DNA of 62,984 nt, filler included, from Platydemus manokwari (taxonomy: Eukaryota), in the NCBI GenBank assembly GCA_037951405.1. It is 5 parts of 5 records of this genome, joined end to end, with 100 filler letters (N's around TTAATTAATTAA, not from the genome) between each part and the next. Parts side by side here need not be neighbours in the genome. Positions count along the whole stretch, not along the records: positions 1 to 10,503 come from JBBMOY011128663.1; 4 more parts are not named here. The stretch is one strand, 5' to 3'. Shown piece after piece: positions 1-10,603 of this stretch. The position numbers and the translations under genes were made by a program. Under the pieces are notes generated by a model, which ran no database searches, had not been told where the DNA came from, and saw only the letters and a program-made list of their open reading frames with translations. Position 1 is the stretch's first letter. Each line of letters starts with the position of its first letter.

Positions 1-1154
1 TTATATCGATTTTGTTTATCCCAATTGTTGCAAGTATTTTCGTCTGTATGAGAAACTATTAGTTGTTGAACTCGTTGATGAAATTGACCAAATTCTGAAT
101 CGGACATGGGTTGATTTGTGGTAGAAATCAATGTGGCACAACGATCTCTTTGATGCCAAATCATTTTTCTTTGATAATAACCACCAACGGTATGTGGTCC
201 GAATCCCCAAGCATCATTATAGACAACTGCAAGCCAGCTTCTCTGTGGTGCTATATTATCAGCTTCTCTTGCAAATCGTTCAGCAAAAGCTTGATTGCTT
301 CCTCCAATTTCTCTAAATGATTCTTCAAATTGTTTATCAGTGAATGTTTGCCAATTTTCCTCGCAATACCTAATTTTCGACGTACAATGGTTTGATAAAG
401 TTTCCAATTTACTTTTCCAAGCTTCGGATTTGATTTGTGCCATTTCACTAAAATTATAATAACCCATGAATGCTCCTTCAATATCTAAACCTTTGACAAT
501 CAATTGCATTGCTTTAGTACAGAATTCATTCAATAGCTGTGGATTACAAGTCACACGAACCTTATAAAGTTCGACAATATCAAATCCCATTGGTCCTTGA
601 TCTCCAACAAAAGAATTGTAAACATTTTCTGTTGCTAAGGAAAATGTTCTCTTATATTCCTCGGCAAAGTATTTAAAACTTGCAACATTATTGGTTTTTC
701 TGGCTGCTGCTAATATCTCATAATGACTATTAATAGTTGTAATTGATTTGACCAAATTTGTTTTAGCTAAGTTGATTTCAACATTATTTTCTAATTTACC
801 AATTTTCGTTGTAATTACATCTAGTCTAGTATTAAGTTTGTCAAATCCTTCTTTGAGAGCTTTTAATTCTGGACTATCTTGTTTGGGTAGAAACAACATT
901 ACTATTGATAATATTGCAGAAATTGCCATAGCCGCTGGTCCTAAAGCTGACAGAGCCGAGCTCAATTTTGCAAATGTTTCCAGTGGTTTAATTATTTTTT
1001 CATTAATTTTCTCAATCACCGTAGATGCTTTAGCGAAAGCTTGACTTGCTATACCAACAGCTTTAGTATCAAAAGTAGAAACCGTGACATCGTAATAAGA
1101 AGTCACAATAATCAAGCAAAATAAATGTAATGCTATTGTATTAAATGTTTTCAT
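1..1154 (-). CDS. Secreted rapunzel/SE-cephalotoxin-like protein (putative alpha-helical pore-forming toxin fold), 3'-partial, intronless over >=384 codons
   Basis: Manual translation from ATG at 1154 is open to the window edge: MKTFNTIALHLFCLIIVTSYYDVTVS...FAKLSSALSALGPAAMAISAILSIVMLFLPKQDSPELKALKEGFDKLNTRLDVITTKIGKLENNVE...WLAVVYNDAWGFGPH...NWDKQNRY. A stop-free 1.15-kb frame in DNA this AT-rich is very unlikely by chance. It has an N-terminal signal-like hydrophobic stretch. The family call rests on recalled motif similarity and is less certain (~0.65) than the CDS itself. Confidence 0.9.
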   Translation of the reverse strand, partial: MKTFNTIALHLFCLIIVTSYYDVTVSTFDTKAVGIASQAFAKASTVIEKINEKIIKPLETFAKLSSALSALGPAAMAISAILSIVMLFLPKQDSPELKALKEGFDKLNTRLDVITTKIGKLENNVEINLAKTNLVKSITTINSHYEILAAARKTNNVASFKYFAEEYKRTFSLATENVYNSFVGDQGPMGFDIVELYKVRVTCNPQLLNEFCTKAMQLIVKGLDIEGAFMGYYNFSEMAQIKSEAWKSKLETLSNHCTSKIRYCEENWQTFTDKQFEESFREIGGSNQAFAERFAREADNIAPQRSWLAVVYNDAWGFGPHTVGGYYQRKMIWHQRDRCATLISTTNQPMSDSEFGQFHQRVQQLIVSHTDENTCNNWDKQNRY

Positions 1155-1188
1155 TGAATTTTATAAATATCTCCATATACAATGCCAT

Positions 1189-1195
1189 TTTTATA
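1189..1195 (-). promoter_or_regulatory. Candidate TATA box (TATAAAA) ~35 bp upstream of the ATG at 1154
   Basis: Consensus match at a plausible position, but chance matches are common in an AT-rich background. Confidence 0.25.
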
Positions 1196-3390
1196 TGAAA
1201 TTGATAAACGGTTTTGTTATTCTTTATAGTTACTAAAATAATATCATGCTTTCATATTGAAATTTGTGAGAAATAATAGAAAAACAAAAATCTGTTTTGA
1301 TATGAAATGATTTGATCAATATTTCTAAACACAACATGACAAATTTTACTGTTGTGACCATTCCTGATATTGCGTGAGTTATGTTTTGAAAATCTCGAAT
1401 CTGATAGACATGAAATGCTATTATTTTTACATGGGAAATAGCTCAGTGAATTTAAATAAACAATGAAATGAAAAAGTAAATGCAAGTAAAACAAATGATT
1501 GTTTTTATTTCAATTTCTTTAATAAACAATACAAAACCTGATTGATATAATTTTTAAAATTTTACAAAACTATATTCGAAAATATAATATTATATAAATG
1601 ATAATTAACTTTTCGTATTTTGGTGTTTGAAAATTTTTAAGAAATATATGACTAGATGAACCAAATGAATTGTTATGAGTCAAACAAACCTAATTTTACT
1701 ACAAGATTTTACCAACCTATGTTATGAAAGTCTCTTTAGAAAACATTAACTCGATTGTACAAGGACTTGTAGTAAATCTTGTAAATCTCGCGATATCCCT
1801 ACTATCTTAAACTTAATTTAAAATAATTTTTTTTAGTTTGAAGTTGTCATGTCATTTATATTACTATTTCTACATATTTATTTGTGTTGATTTTTATTCT
1901 GTGCTCTATATATTTATTCTTTTTTTATTTCTTTTCGACGATAATGACTTACCAAGATTGTTGAGTAACGTTTTATGATATATTTCAACTCAAGAAATAT
2001 TAAACATAACTTTAAATTATTTTTAGAAAAAATAATGAAATTTTTGTTCGTTTATCAATGATGGTAAGGCTTATTTTGCTAAGCAGTATCAGTTAATCAA
2101 TACAATTTGACTCGTTTTTATAATTAATATTATCACTTAAAATTTCACTCGGATTTTATTTTATCAACAATCTGTACATTAAAGTCGTGATTAATTTTCT
2201 AATCAGAAATAAAAAACAAATTATTGGATATGTTTTTTATATAAAACATTTCTAATAAAATATCTGGTAATCTAATTTATGTCACAACTGTAACATATTT
2301 TATATTTCATATTATCTAAATAACTCATGAATATCTCAATTCAAACAGTACATCTCACTAATAACTATTGAATTAGCTTTTTCACTTTATAAACTTATAA
2401 TTTTCAGAATTGGCATTTTGGTATTTTGAATAATTTTCGGTACCAATAATATTTTAAAAATTATAACTTCAATTGATACTACATGCTCACAATTTTTCAA
2501 TATGAAGTTCTTCGTTCTTTGCAGAGGCTATTGTTAAAAATGTTAAGACATTGAATTCATATATAATATCCACTTCTATTTTCGTTTATCATTTCTCAGT
2601 GGTAAATTCGTAATACTTTCAATAATTAAAAATATTCCAGTATCTTCAATTTAATCATTAACAGTTTATGGAAGAGGTAATAGGTAAGCTTTTGATAATC
2701 AAAACATAAATAATACTGCTCTCTTTATTTATTTCTAGAACGACTGGGTATTTTTGATTTATCTTATTATTTTCAAGCATTTATTATTTATGCCTCCGGT
2801 TCTCTTCAACGAATGCGTAAGACATGCAATATAGCTTGATTTGTTAAGAAACTAATTTACCAGATAATAATAGGTTCTCATTTTAAACTCTCTTGTGGCA
2901 ATCCACATCAAGTTAATGTTCTGTTATTATTTAATTATATTATTTTATTAAACACTTATAATTTTTGCTCTGGGATTTCATTTATATAAATATCATTAGA
3001 TTATTTGATTTGGAGTTTATTAACAATAGTGTGATGGACATAAAATATGGTTAGTATTAATCTAAGATCACTATTATAGTTAAGTGATACTTCTATTTTT
3101 CTAAATTTGGTGTTAAAACAGAAATCCTTTGGTTTCCAACTATTATCGATAAGACATTATAAGTAAAAGGTGTAAACCATTGATTTATGGATAAATAATT
3201 TTCATTCACAAAACCGACTTACATTCTTACTACCTATAACCCACAACAACTTGTGATATTTTTAACCTGTGATAAATTTAATTAAAATCGAGATAAATTC
3301 CTTAATTAATTTCCATGAACCGACCACAATTTTTTAAAAATAACAAAAATAATTTGAGTAAAAAGATAACTCGTTTTCATAAATATTTTA

Positions 3391-4040
3391 TTATAATTCA
3401 AAATTACACCGTTTGTTGTTTAATATTAAAACAAATCTTATTTTTTTATCTAACTTGCCTCTCCCGTTGATTTTGAATTTCTTTAAGTTTGTGGCTACTG
3501 ATCTTAGCTGATTTTCCGTTTCTTTGATGATCTGGTCGTGATGGTTTGGTTCATTTAGTCGTAATCCATGTATATTAATTCTTCGTCCAAACAATATTTC
3601 AAAAGGAGAATGTTGAATTGAACTTTGATATGTTGCATTGATGATGAATTCTATCCGCGGTATTAATATTTTATTAAGTATTGTTATTGTATTATTATTT
3701 TTCTCAGCAAAAAAAATTCGTTTTCCTAAGTACTGTGAATAACAGCAAGAAATTTTATTAAAATATTTCTTGCAGTTATTGAAGTGATAATCAAATAATT
3801 GAAACAAAATTATAAATATTTTCATGATTTTATCTCTCATATCGATATAATCGATAAATCAATTAAATCAAATGAGAAAGAACGGTTTCGAAATTTATGA
3901 TTCTGTGAGATATCTGTTTTTATCTGTCTAATAATTGATTTCAAATGGCCTTTTGATCAAATGTTATCCCAGTACTGACAAATCGAAAGTAATAAAACGG
4001 ATAATAGCTAATAAAACTATTTTATTTCCACTTTTAAATT
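3391..4040 (-). mobile_element. Degenerate Ty3/Gypsy integrase remnant
   Basis: ORF 3391-3840 contains INATYQSSIQHSPFEILFGR, matching the integrase C-terminal N.T.HSS...SPFELLFGR motif. Upstream (~3990-4030) reads GNKIVLLAIIRF, like GNKYILVAIDHF. Confidence 0.75.
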
Positions 4041-4168
4041 TTTTGTTAAGGATTCTATAAATAATTGAGTTATTATTTGCAAATAAATAGAAATGTTTCA
4101 ATATCGATCGTTAATTAAATAGATTGAATCATTTTTTAAACAAAGTTAACTTATTTTAATTCATTGAT

Positions 4169-4596
4169 TTTTGGTTGGTACATAGGTTCGTGTGGTTTTT
4201 ACAATTATTTAAAATGCACACTGATGCATACAGAATAAAAACCATGCAAAAATTCCAGATAACACAATGAATTTGTGAAATCATTAGAAAAAACAAATAT
4301 TTCAGTCTCAATCGATGAGATATTCTCCGTCACAATCGATAACTTCCTTGTGGCTAAGTCGGCGAATATGGAGGATGAGGAAAAACTTTGGAGCCAAGCT
4401 TTTCAATAACCAACCCTGTTATTTTGGCGAAATGAGGCCGAGTTCTTCACAATAAATTTCGACATTAATTGTTTGGTTTCTTGGTAAGATTTCGTAATGA
4501 ATAACACCCATCAAATAACTAAAATAAAGCAAGACGTTGAGATATATTTTCTGTGCAACAAATAAAACCGCATGAATTTATGCACCAAACCAATAT
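4169..4596 (-). mobile_element. Internally deleted mariner element (cecropia/Hsmar1-like TIRs)
   Basis: Imperfect ~30-bp TIRs: TTGGTTGGTACATAGGTTCGTGTGGTTTT (4171-4199) vs reverse complement of 4565-4594 TTGGTTTGGTGCATAAATTCATGCGGTTT. Minus-strand transposase fragments GVIHYEILPRNQTINVEIYCEEL, KLGSKVFPHPPYSP and the C-terminus VIDCDGEYLID*. Confidence 0.88.
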
Positions 4597-7078
4597 TAAT
4601 TTATGAAATGGTAAGATTCCTGATTAAAATTATAGGAACCTCTTGCGCATACAAAACTGTGATTTCAGCACCGATAGACTTTTGGTTGATACTACTAAAC
4701 ACCGAAAGCATACATCTAATCACTATCATTGTTAGTGCACAGGAAACGATTAGCTCTCTCTACATTACAAACAATCAATATTTATTCAACATAAACCGAA
4801 TCTTCACGATGCAACGCGAAAATCCCTCAAGCCGACTTAATAAAATCGATTTATTTCACTTTTAATGTTATTATTGAATTTGAACGACAAATCTATCTCA
4901 GTTCATTGGAAACGGCAATGTCAAATATTGATACTAGTCAGTGGTTTTTTTTATTTTTTGATGAGACGAATTGATGAGTACACCGATATTCTTTTTATGT
5001 TTATTTATCATCAAATCATCGTAAGAAAATAAACTAAATTTATTGAAAAATCAGCAATCTGTAAGCCAATCAAAGTGGTGAATCATAGACATAATTCAAC
5101 TCATTGTGAAATTCGATAAAATATTGATTTTAGTGATTTTTAATTGATTGATTTCGTTAAATTATCGATTTATAGAAATTACATTTTGAATTTTATCATT
5201 TGTATTCCTCATGCTACTTACTAAATATAATTGATGTGTCGCCAAGCTAGTTTTTCACAAGCAACTGAACTCAATGTTGAACTCGACTGACATTCTGAAA
5301 AACTGTTGGGGTAGACTGTTTTATCAATTTAAGAAGGAAATGATTGAAAGAAATCTGCAAAAAATATCTGAGAATTTTATATATTTGTAATTCATTTATT
5401 TTTTATTTTTTTATTATTATTGCTCGTAGAATTGAGGTCTGTAATGTATAGATTTATGGCAGGGAATTCTAATTTTATATGGAGTTTATCAATACAGGCT
5501 TTTAACGTAAGTATGAAGTGTTCTTCTTTGATAATATTGGATTTTGTGAAACTCGTAAGAACAACATCAGCTATACTCAAATACATTTCTCTAGGTGCCT
5601 TCATGACTTCTAGTTTTATCCCACATAATTATTCTTAAATATTCTCCATTTTGACCAAAATATCGCGGATTACTTCAATCGTTGCGACTCATTCATTCAA
5701 GAATACTGTTCTAAAATCCGTACAGTCATTTTCATTTCTATATTGCAGGTCGTTTTTTAATTAATATCCCTCACTCCGAAGGATTCTGGTGTGATATCTT
5801 TCGACACATTCATCAATACCTTCAAATCTTGAGGAAGATTCGTGACAAATAGATGTGAAATTTGATCGTTTGTTTGTAATAATCTTCATAATTATTACGG
5901 TGCAACGTACACGTTCATTGAATTCACTGGCATGGAAATAATTTTAATCAATTCGATCCTTTTTTGGTAGATCAATTAATTGTTTGTGCTCAATTTAAAA
6001 TTTTTTCAGTCTCATGAAACGATTTTCGATTTTTCATTCTAATTCAAAATATTTGAAGTGTTCAAGAGCACTTAAAGTGATTTTAGTTGCAGGGCGGCTT
6101 GCTATCATGATTTCAGCCATTAATTTCATATATCAGCTTTGATAAAGAAGTAAAGAAATAATTTGGAACAATATCTAAGGCAACTTATAAAAACTAGGTT
6201 ACTTTTTAATTTTTTTTTAATACCAGATGATCCCTTTATTATTCCTTTCGTAAAAATATTTGAAATGACCTACACCAATGATTTTGAATAAACCGTTGTG
6301 CAATTTGTAATAATTTAATTACAGTTGAACTCGAGGAATGAGTGAGAAACGATATACCACCGGTCTTATGACTAAAATCATGCGTTTGAATAATGCGAGA
6401 CTACCTCATAGTGTGGACATATAAATGATATATATTTCTTATCGAACAATGGATATTTTATATGTAACTCAAGGAACCTAAAAGTTTGGAATAGCTGAAT
6501 TTTATTTATCGACTACGTTATAAAATAACAATTTGTGAGCACTTTAGGTCTTAATCGTCACATAATAGACGACTGAACAAAAGATGTTTGAATATGAACT
6601 CCAAACAATTTCTCATGTTTCTCTTTCCAAAGTGTTCCCATATTTTTCAGACTAAAGGTTCATCTGAAAAACAATAATAATCAGAAAAAAATGATTTTCA
6701 CATCGGAAAAATCTTTTCATTGCGTAGTAATAACTGTCGAAGCTTAAAAATCTGAAAATACATACTAAAGATAGCAAAGAAAAAAGTAACCCATTATTAT
6801 TCCCATATATCATATAAAATTATTGAAGGGATATATGTGATAGATGCATTGTGACCCATTTTTGAAAATATAGAAATATCTTGAAAAATTTGCTTTACTT
6901 TTTCAATATTTATTTTAGGAATATTTGGAATACCAAATTTTTTATTTCTCTTTTTACAAACATGATACACACACTAACAATTTTTACCAGAAGTTACAAA
7001 CTTGCCATACCAGCGTTCTCTTACTTACGCAATGGGTTTTTTTCACATTGTAGAGCACACGCTAATTCAGATCTAATT

Positions 7079-7081
<3 letters not shown>

Positions 7082-7138
<57 letters not shown>
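7082..7138. repeat. Compound (TA)n(TG)n microsatellite
   Basis: Seen directly in the sequence. Confidence 0.95.
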
Positions 7139-7139
<1 letters not shown>

Positions 7140-7400
7140 TCAGATTTGAATACAAGTTTAATGGACGAGACCAGCACATTAGACTGGTTTTATGGCATTA
7201 ATTACGTTTAGGTGTCACAAACAGATATGAATCATCATTTCAACCTCGAAATAACGCTTTCAAATGGTCAAAACATATAATGCCCATGTACATGCAACTA
7301 ACCAATTAGAGATTGGTAACTCGTTGATATATAATCAAAACGTTTAACTCAGAAATCAAAATATATAAAATTGAAGACCAAGTTCTTATCAGACAAAGTG
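7140..7400 (+). mobile_element. Possible decayed LTR-retrotransposon integrase C-terminal fragment
   Basis: DQHIRLVLW resembles WDxxLPxVLWAY and KIEDQVLIR resembles KxGDxVLIR. Frames are broken. Confidence 0.3.
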
Positions 7401-8804
7401 GCACTCATTTTCATTTCTATCGACAATATTGATTTAAAATTTTACAAAAATTATTCATCTCAAAATCGATTTTCAATAGTGGTAAAACTATTTGGTTTAC
7501 AACTTTATTAAAATAAGATGTTTAAATCTTTAAATCACTTTAATTTTAGTAAAACTAAAAGATTCGTTCCAGATTATCAAATGTGATTTAGAAAACCCTA
7601 AGTATAATAGCTGAGAATGAAACCAAAGCAACAATAACCGCAAAGAATATGAAATCAAAATCATTGAAATAAATAACATTGTTGGGTAGGTATTTACAAG
7701 AACTAGGGAAATAATCTTCAAAATGGTTGACGCACAGAGATCCGATAAACAATTTAAAAATTGACTGGTGCATACCTAAAAATGACAACAAACTCAGATA
7801 TCTACCAATGGCACAAGAGATTCTAGGAGAATTACTACCATATCTATGTACGAACGAATTCAGCAAATGAAAAACGAAGCTCCTGGACATCAGTATGTCT
7901 ATAAAAGAGGTTGATTTCCATGCGTAACTGCCAGTCTTGTTTGTGATTTTCAGCAGTCAGTATTTTTGGTTACTTTCTATTCTTTGTTTGACTTCCCTGT
8001 GCCGATCCCGTCTTGTAAGATAATCTGTTATTGAATTTTGACACGATTTAACGGTATCTGTTCTTAAATTGAGTTTGTAATATTATAGTTTAAATTATAA
8101 TTTTCAAGTTTATTGTTAGTTTATACCCAGCAATATCTTATATTTAATATTTTAATATTATTCCTCCTTTGAAGACTATTTAATTTAATTTAATTAATTG
8201 TTTCATTCATTTGTGGTTATCAGTTCTCCATATGTCTTTTCACATCAATTTTTTTTTCAAATCTTTGATTTCCTTCATACTTTTTGATTTCGAATTGCTT
8301 CTAACAACGTTTGTTACACATTCTTCATATTGTCTGTATCGAAATCTCTATAAAAATCTTCAACGATTTTCTGACATTGATCTGCTGAGGTTAGAATTGA
8401 AATTCGTGGTTATAATATTAGCTGCTACTGTTTTATTAAAAAGGAATTGAAAACGAATCAAACAACCTCAACACACAACATTGTAATTAAAATACTCAAG
8501 AAAAATTTTATTTTCTTAATATAAAAAAATATTTTTTAATTATTTTAAAATCGTCAAAATTATATTTATTAATATAATTTAATAAACAAGAATTCGACAG
8601 ATTGTAAGAATCATTACAAGCATAAATATCATCATTATAAAAATATTAATTATATTTAATAAAACTATATTTATTATCATGATATGATTATATTTATAAA
8701 ACTTCGGAAAAAAATAAGATCGACTTAAAAATTTCTACACAACACGAATTCTTATCCGAATCTTAAAAAATGAGATAATGACATGAAATACAAGTGTACC
8801 AAAT

Positions 8805-10001
8805 TCACAGATTTGTTTCCAGTAATTCTACAACATTCATATCGTCCTTCTTTATTTTATCGTATTGAATATCAGAATTATTTTTTCTAAACTGACCATA
8901 AATTGTACTCACCGATTTGAGCTTCACTGAAATATATTTACTATTGAATTTCGGTTCAACATGCGATATGTTAGTATCGATACATTTGCCGCTGACGACT
9001 GCTGTAAACGATGCTCGAAATTGAGCTGATAAAAATGAATACAAAATGGGATTCAGAGCACTGTTGAGATAGCTCGACATTTGACAGAAATAGGTGATCA
9101 TGATTCGCTTGAAATTCATGGACGGTTTATGAGAATTGGTCCAATCGATGTATTCCTTCACCGCGCTATGATTCCTCAAACCGCTATTGATAAGTTGAAT
9201 GACAACTTTTCGTTTATTGAAATATTTTTGATGGATTATGATTATCCACCATTGATTAATCCAATAAGGGAGGTTGCAGACCAAAAATACAATTACAATC
9301 ATCAAAACCAAAACCGTGGTTCTGTTTGACGAAGTTATCGATTGCTTCTTATGATTCTTCTTTTGTCGAAGCTGTCTAAGCCTAGAAACAATAGCCAGAT
9401 AAAAGGAAAAAATCAATAATCCCGGTAAAGCATATCCAAAACAGAACGTGTAGGAAATCGTCGGTAAAAGAGCTATTTCCGCATTCGTGTACGTCCATCT
9501 TTGAATGCAAACAATTTTAGTAGAATTCAAGTGGCTCAACTTTGCATTGATAAATGTCGGTATCATCAGTACAATTGCCAGAATCCAAGTGATAAAGACA
9601 ACAATGATGGCATTTCGTTGCGATCGAAACTTTTGAGATCGATATGGATAAATAATAGCAAGAAATCGATCGAAACTCATAGCAGTGAGGGTAAGAGTGC
9701 CAGCGAACCAATTGACCTGACTGATAAAACAGTATGCCACACAGGCCACATTGTATGGTATGAATGAATGCCCGGTGATTTGTAATAACAATTGAGGAAT
9801 AGCGGTTAGATGAAGAAAATCAGCAACAGCCAGACTGACAATTTGTATGTTGGTTATCGACTGCATTTTAGAGAATTTTGTGACAACATAAATCACTAGA
9901 CCGTTACCTCCGATACCAATGATAGTCACAAAAGAGATCAGACTGAGATATGTGTAGAGAATAATCTCTCGATTATGTACAAGTCCGTTCGATTGATTCA
10001 T
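8805..10001 (-). CDS. Class A peptide GPCR, somatostatin/allatostatin-C receptor-like (398 aa, single coding exon)
   Basis: Seven hydrophobic segments: TM1 GIGGNGLVIYVV, TM2 LAVAD, TM3 SFDRFLAI, TM4 W, TM5 YTFCFGYALP, TM6 CNLPYW, TM7 NSALNPILYSFLS..FR. KFSKMQSITN and YTFxxGxxxP are typical of SSTR/AstC-R. An in-frame TAA at 10011-10013 fixes the start. Confidence 0.95.
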   Translation of the reverse strand: MNQSNGLVHNREIILYTYLSLISFVTIIGIGGNGLVIYVVTKFSKMQSITNIQIVSLAVADFLHLTAIPQLLLQITGHSFIPYNVACVAYCFISQVNWFAGTLTLTAMSFDRFLAIIYPYRSQKFRSQRNAIIVVFITWILAIVLMIPTFINAKLSHLNSTKIVCIQRWTYTNAEIALLPTISYTFCFGYALPGLLIFSFYLAIVSRLRQLRQKKNHKKQSITSSNRTTVLVLMIVIVFLVCNLPYWINQWWIIIIHQKYFNKRKVVIQLINSGLRNHSAVKEYIDWTNSHKPSMNFKRIMITYFCQMSSYLNSALNPILYSFLSAQFRASFTAVVSGKCIDTNISHVEPKFNSKYISVKLKSVSTIYGQFRKNNSDIQYDKIKKDDMNVVELLETNL

Positions 10002-10047
10002 TATTGAGGGTTAATGAGGAAATTCGATTGTGAATAAAATTCGATTC

Positions 10048-10080
10048 CTGAAATTAGAAAAAAGAAAAATAATAAAATTC
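10048..10080 (-). promoter_or_regulatory. Splice acceptor (polypyrimidine tract + CAG) in the GPCR 5' UTR
   Basis: Minus strand TTTTATTATTTTTCTTTTTTCTAATTTCAG|GAATC, 46 nt upstream of the ATG. Confidence 0.6.
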
Positions 10081-10503
10081 TTTCGATATTTTTTATTATT
10101 TTTGATTATATTTATTTATATTGCCCATTATTTGTCTGCGTTATGGATAACCTATGGAGATTTTTATATCTTCCTATCATGTCAACTAATAATTTGGATC
10201 ATAATCTATACAGGCAGTAATAATCATTTTTATCTACATTTACCACCCATATTAATATATAATAAACAGAACACGTTTTAAGCTGAAATATTTAAGCGTC
10301 TCACCTCAATGTGAATCGAAAAGCTATTAATTATCCAATAGTCGTTCTGATTTTGATTTAGAATTTATAGAAATTTTAAATGGATATTTTCTTCCTATGC
10401 ATATTTAAGCTCAGAGACAATTCTTTTGTGCAATTCATATTCACGGGATATTTTAAAGAATGAAATAATATATTTCGTTTCCTTAATTAAATGAATAAGA
10501 AAT

Positions 10504-10603
10504 NNNNNNNNNNNNNNNNNNNNNNNNNNNNNNNNNNNNNNNNNNNNTTAATTAATTAANNNNNNNNNNNNNNNNNNNNNNNNNNNNNNNNNNNNNNNNN
10601 NNN
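10504..10603. other. Artificial assembly linker N44-TTAATTAATTAA-N44
   Basis: Exactly 100 bp with a 12-mer giving stops in all six frames. An identical structure occurs four times. Confidence 0.95.

Noticed and set aside
16-1044. Short ORFs 16-210, 111-320, 131-316, 251-481 and 748-1044
   Set aside because: They are shadow or alternate frames of the long minus-strand CDS 1154..<1.
9081-9767. ORFs overlapping the GPCR
   Set aside because: Antisense or alternate-frame shadows of the GPCR CDS.
10548-10559. Recurrent TTAATTAATTAA palindrome as a biological repeat or piggyBac footprint
   Set aside because: It is always centred in exactly 44+44 Ns, so it is an assembly linker.
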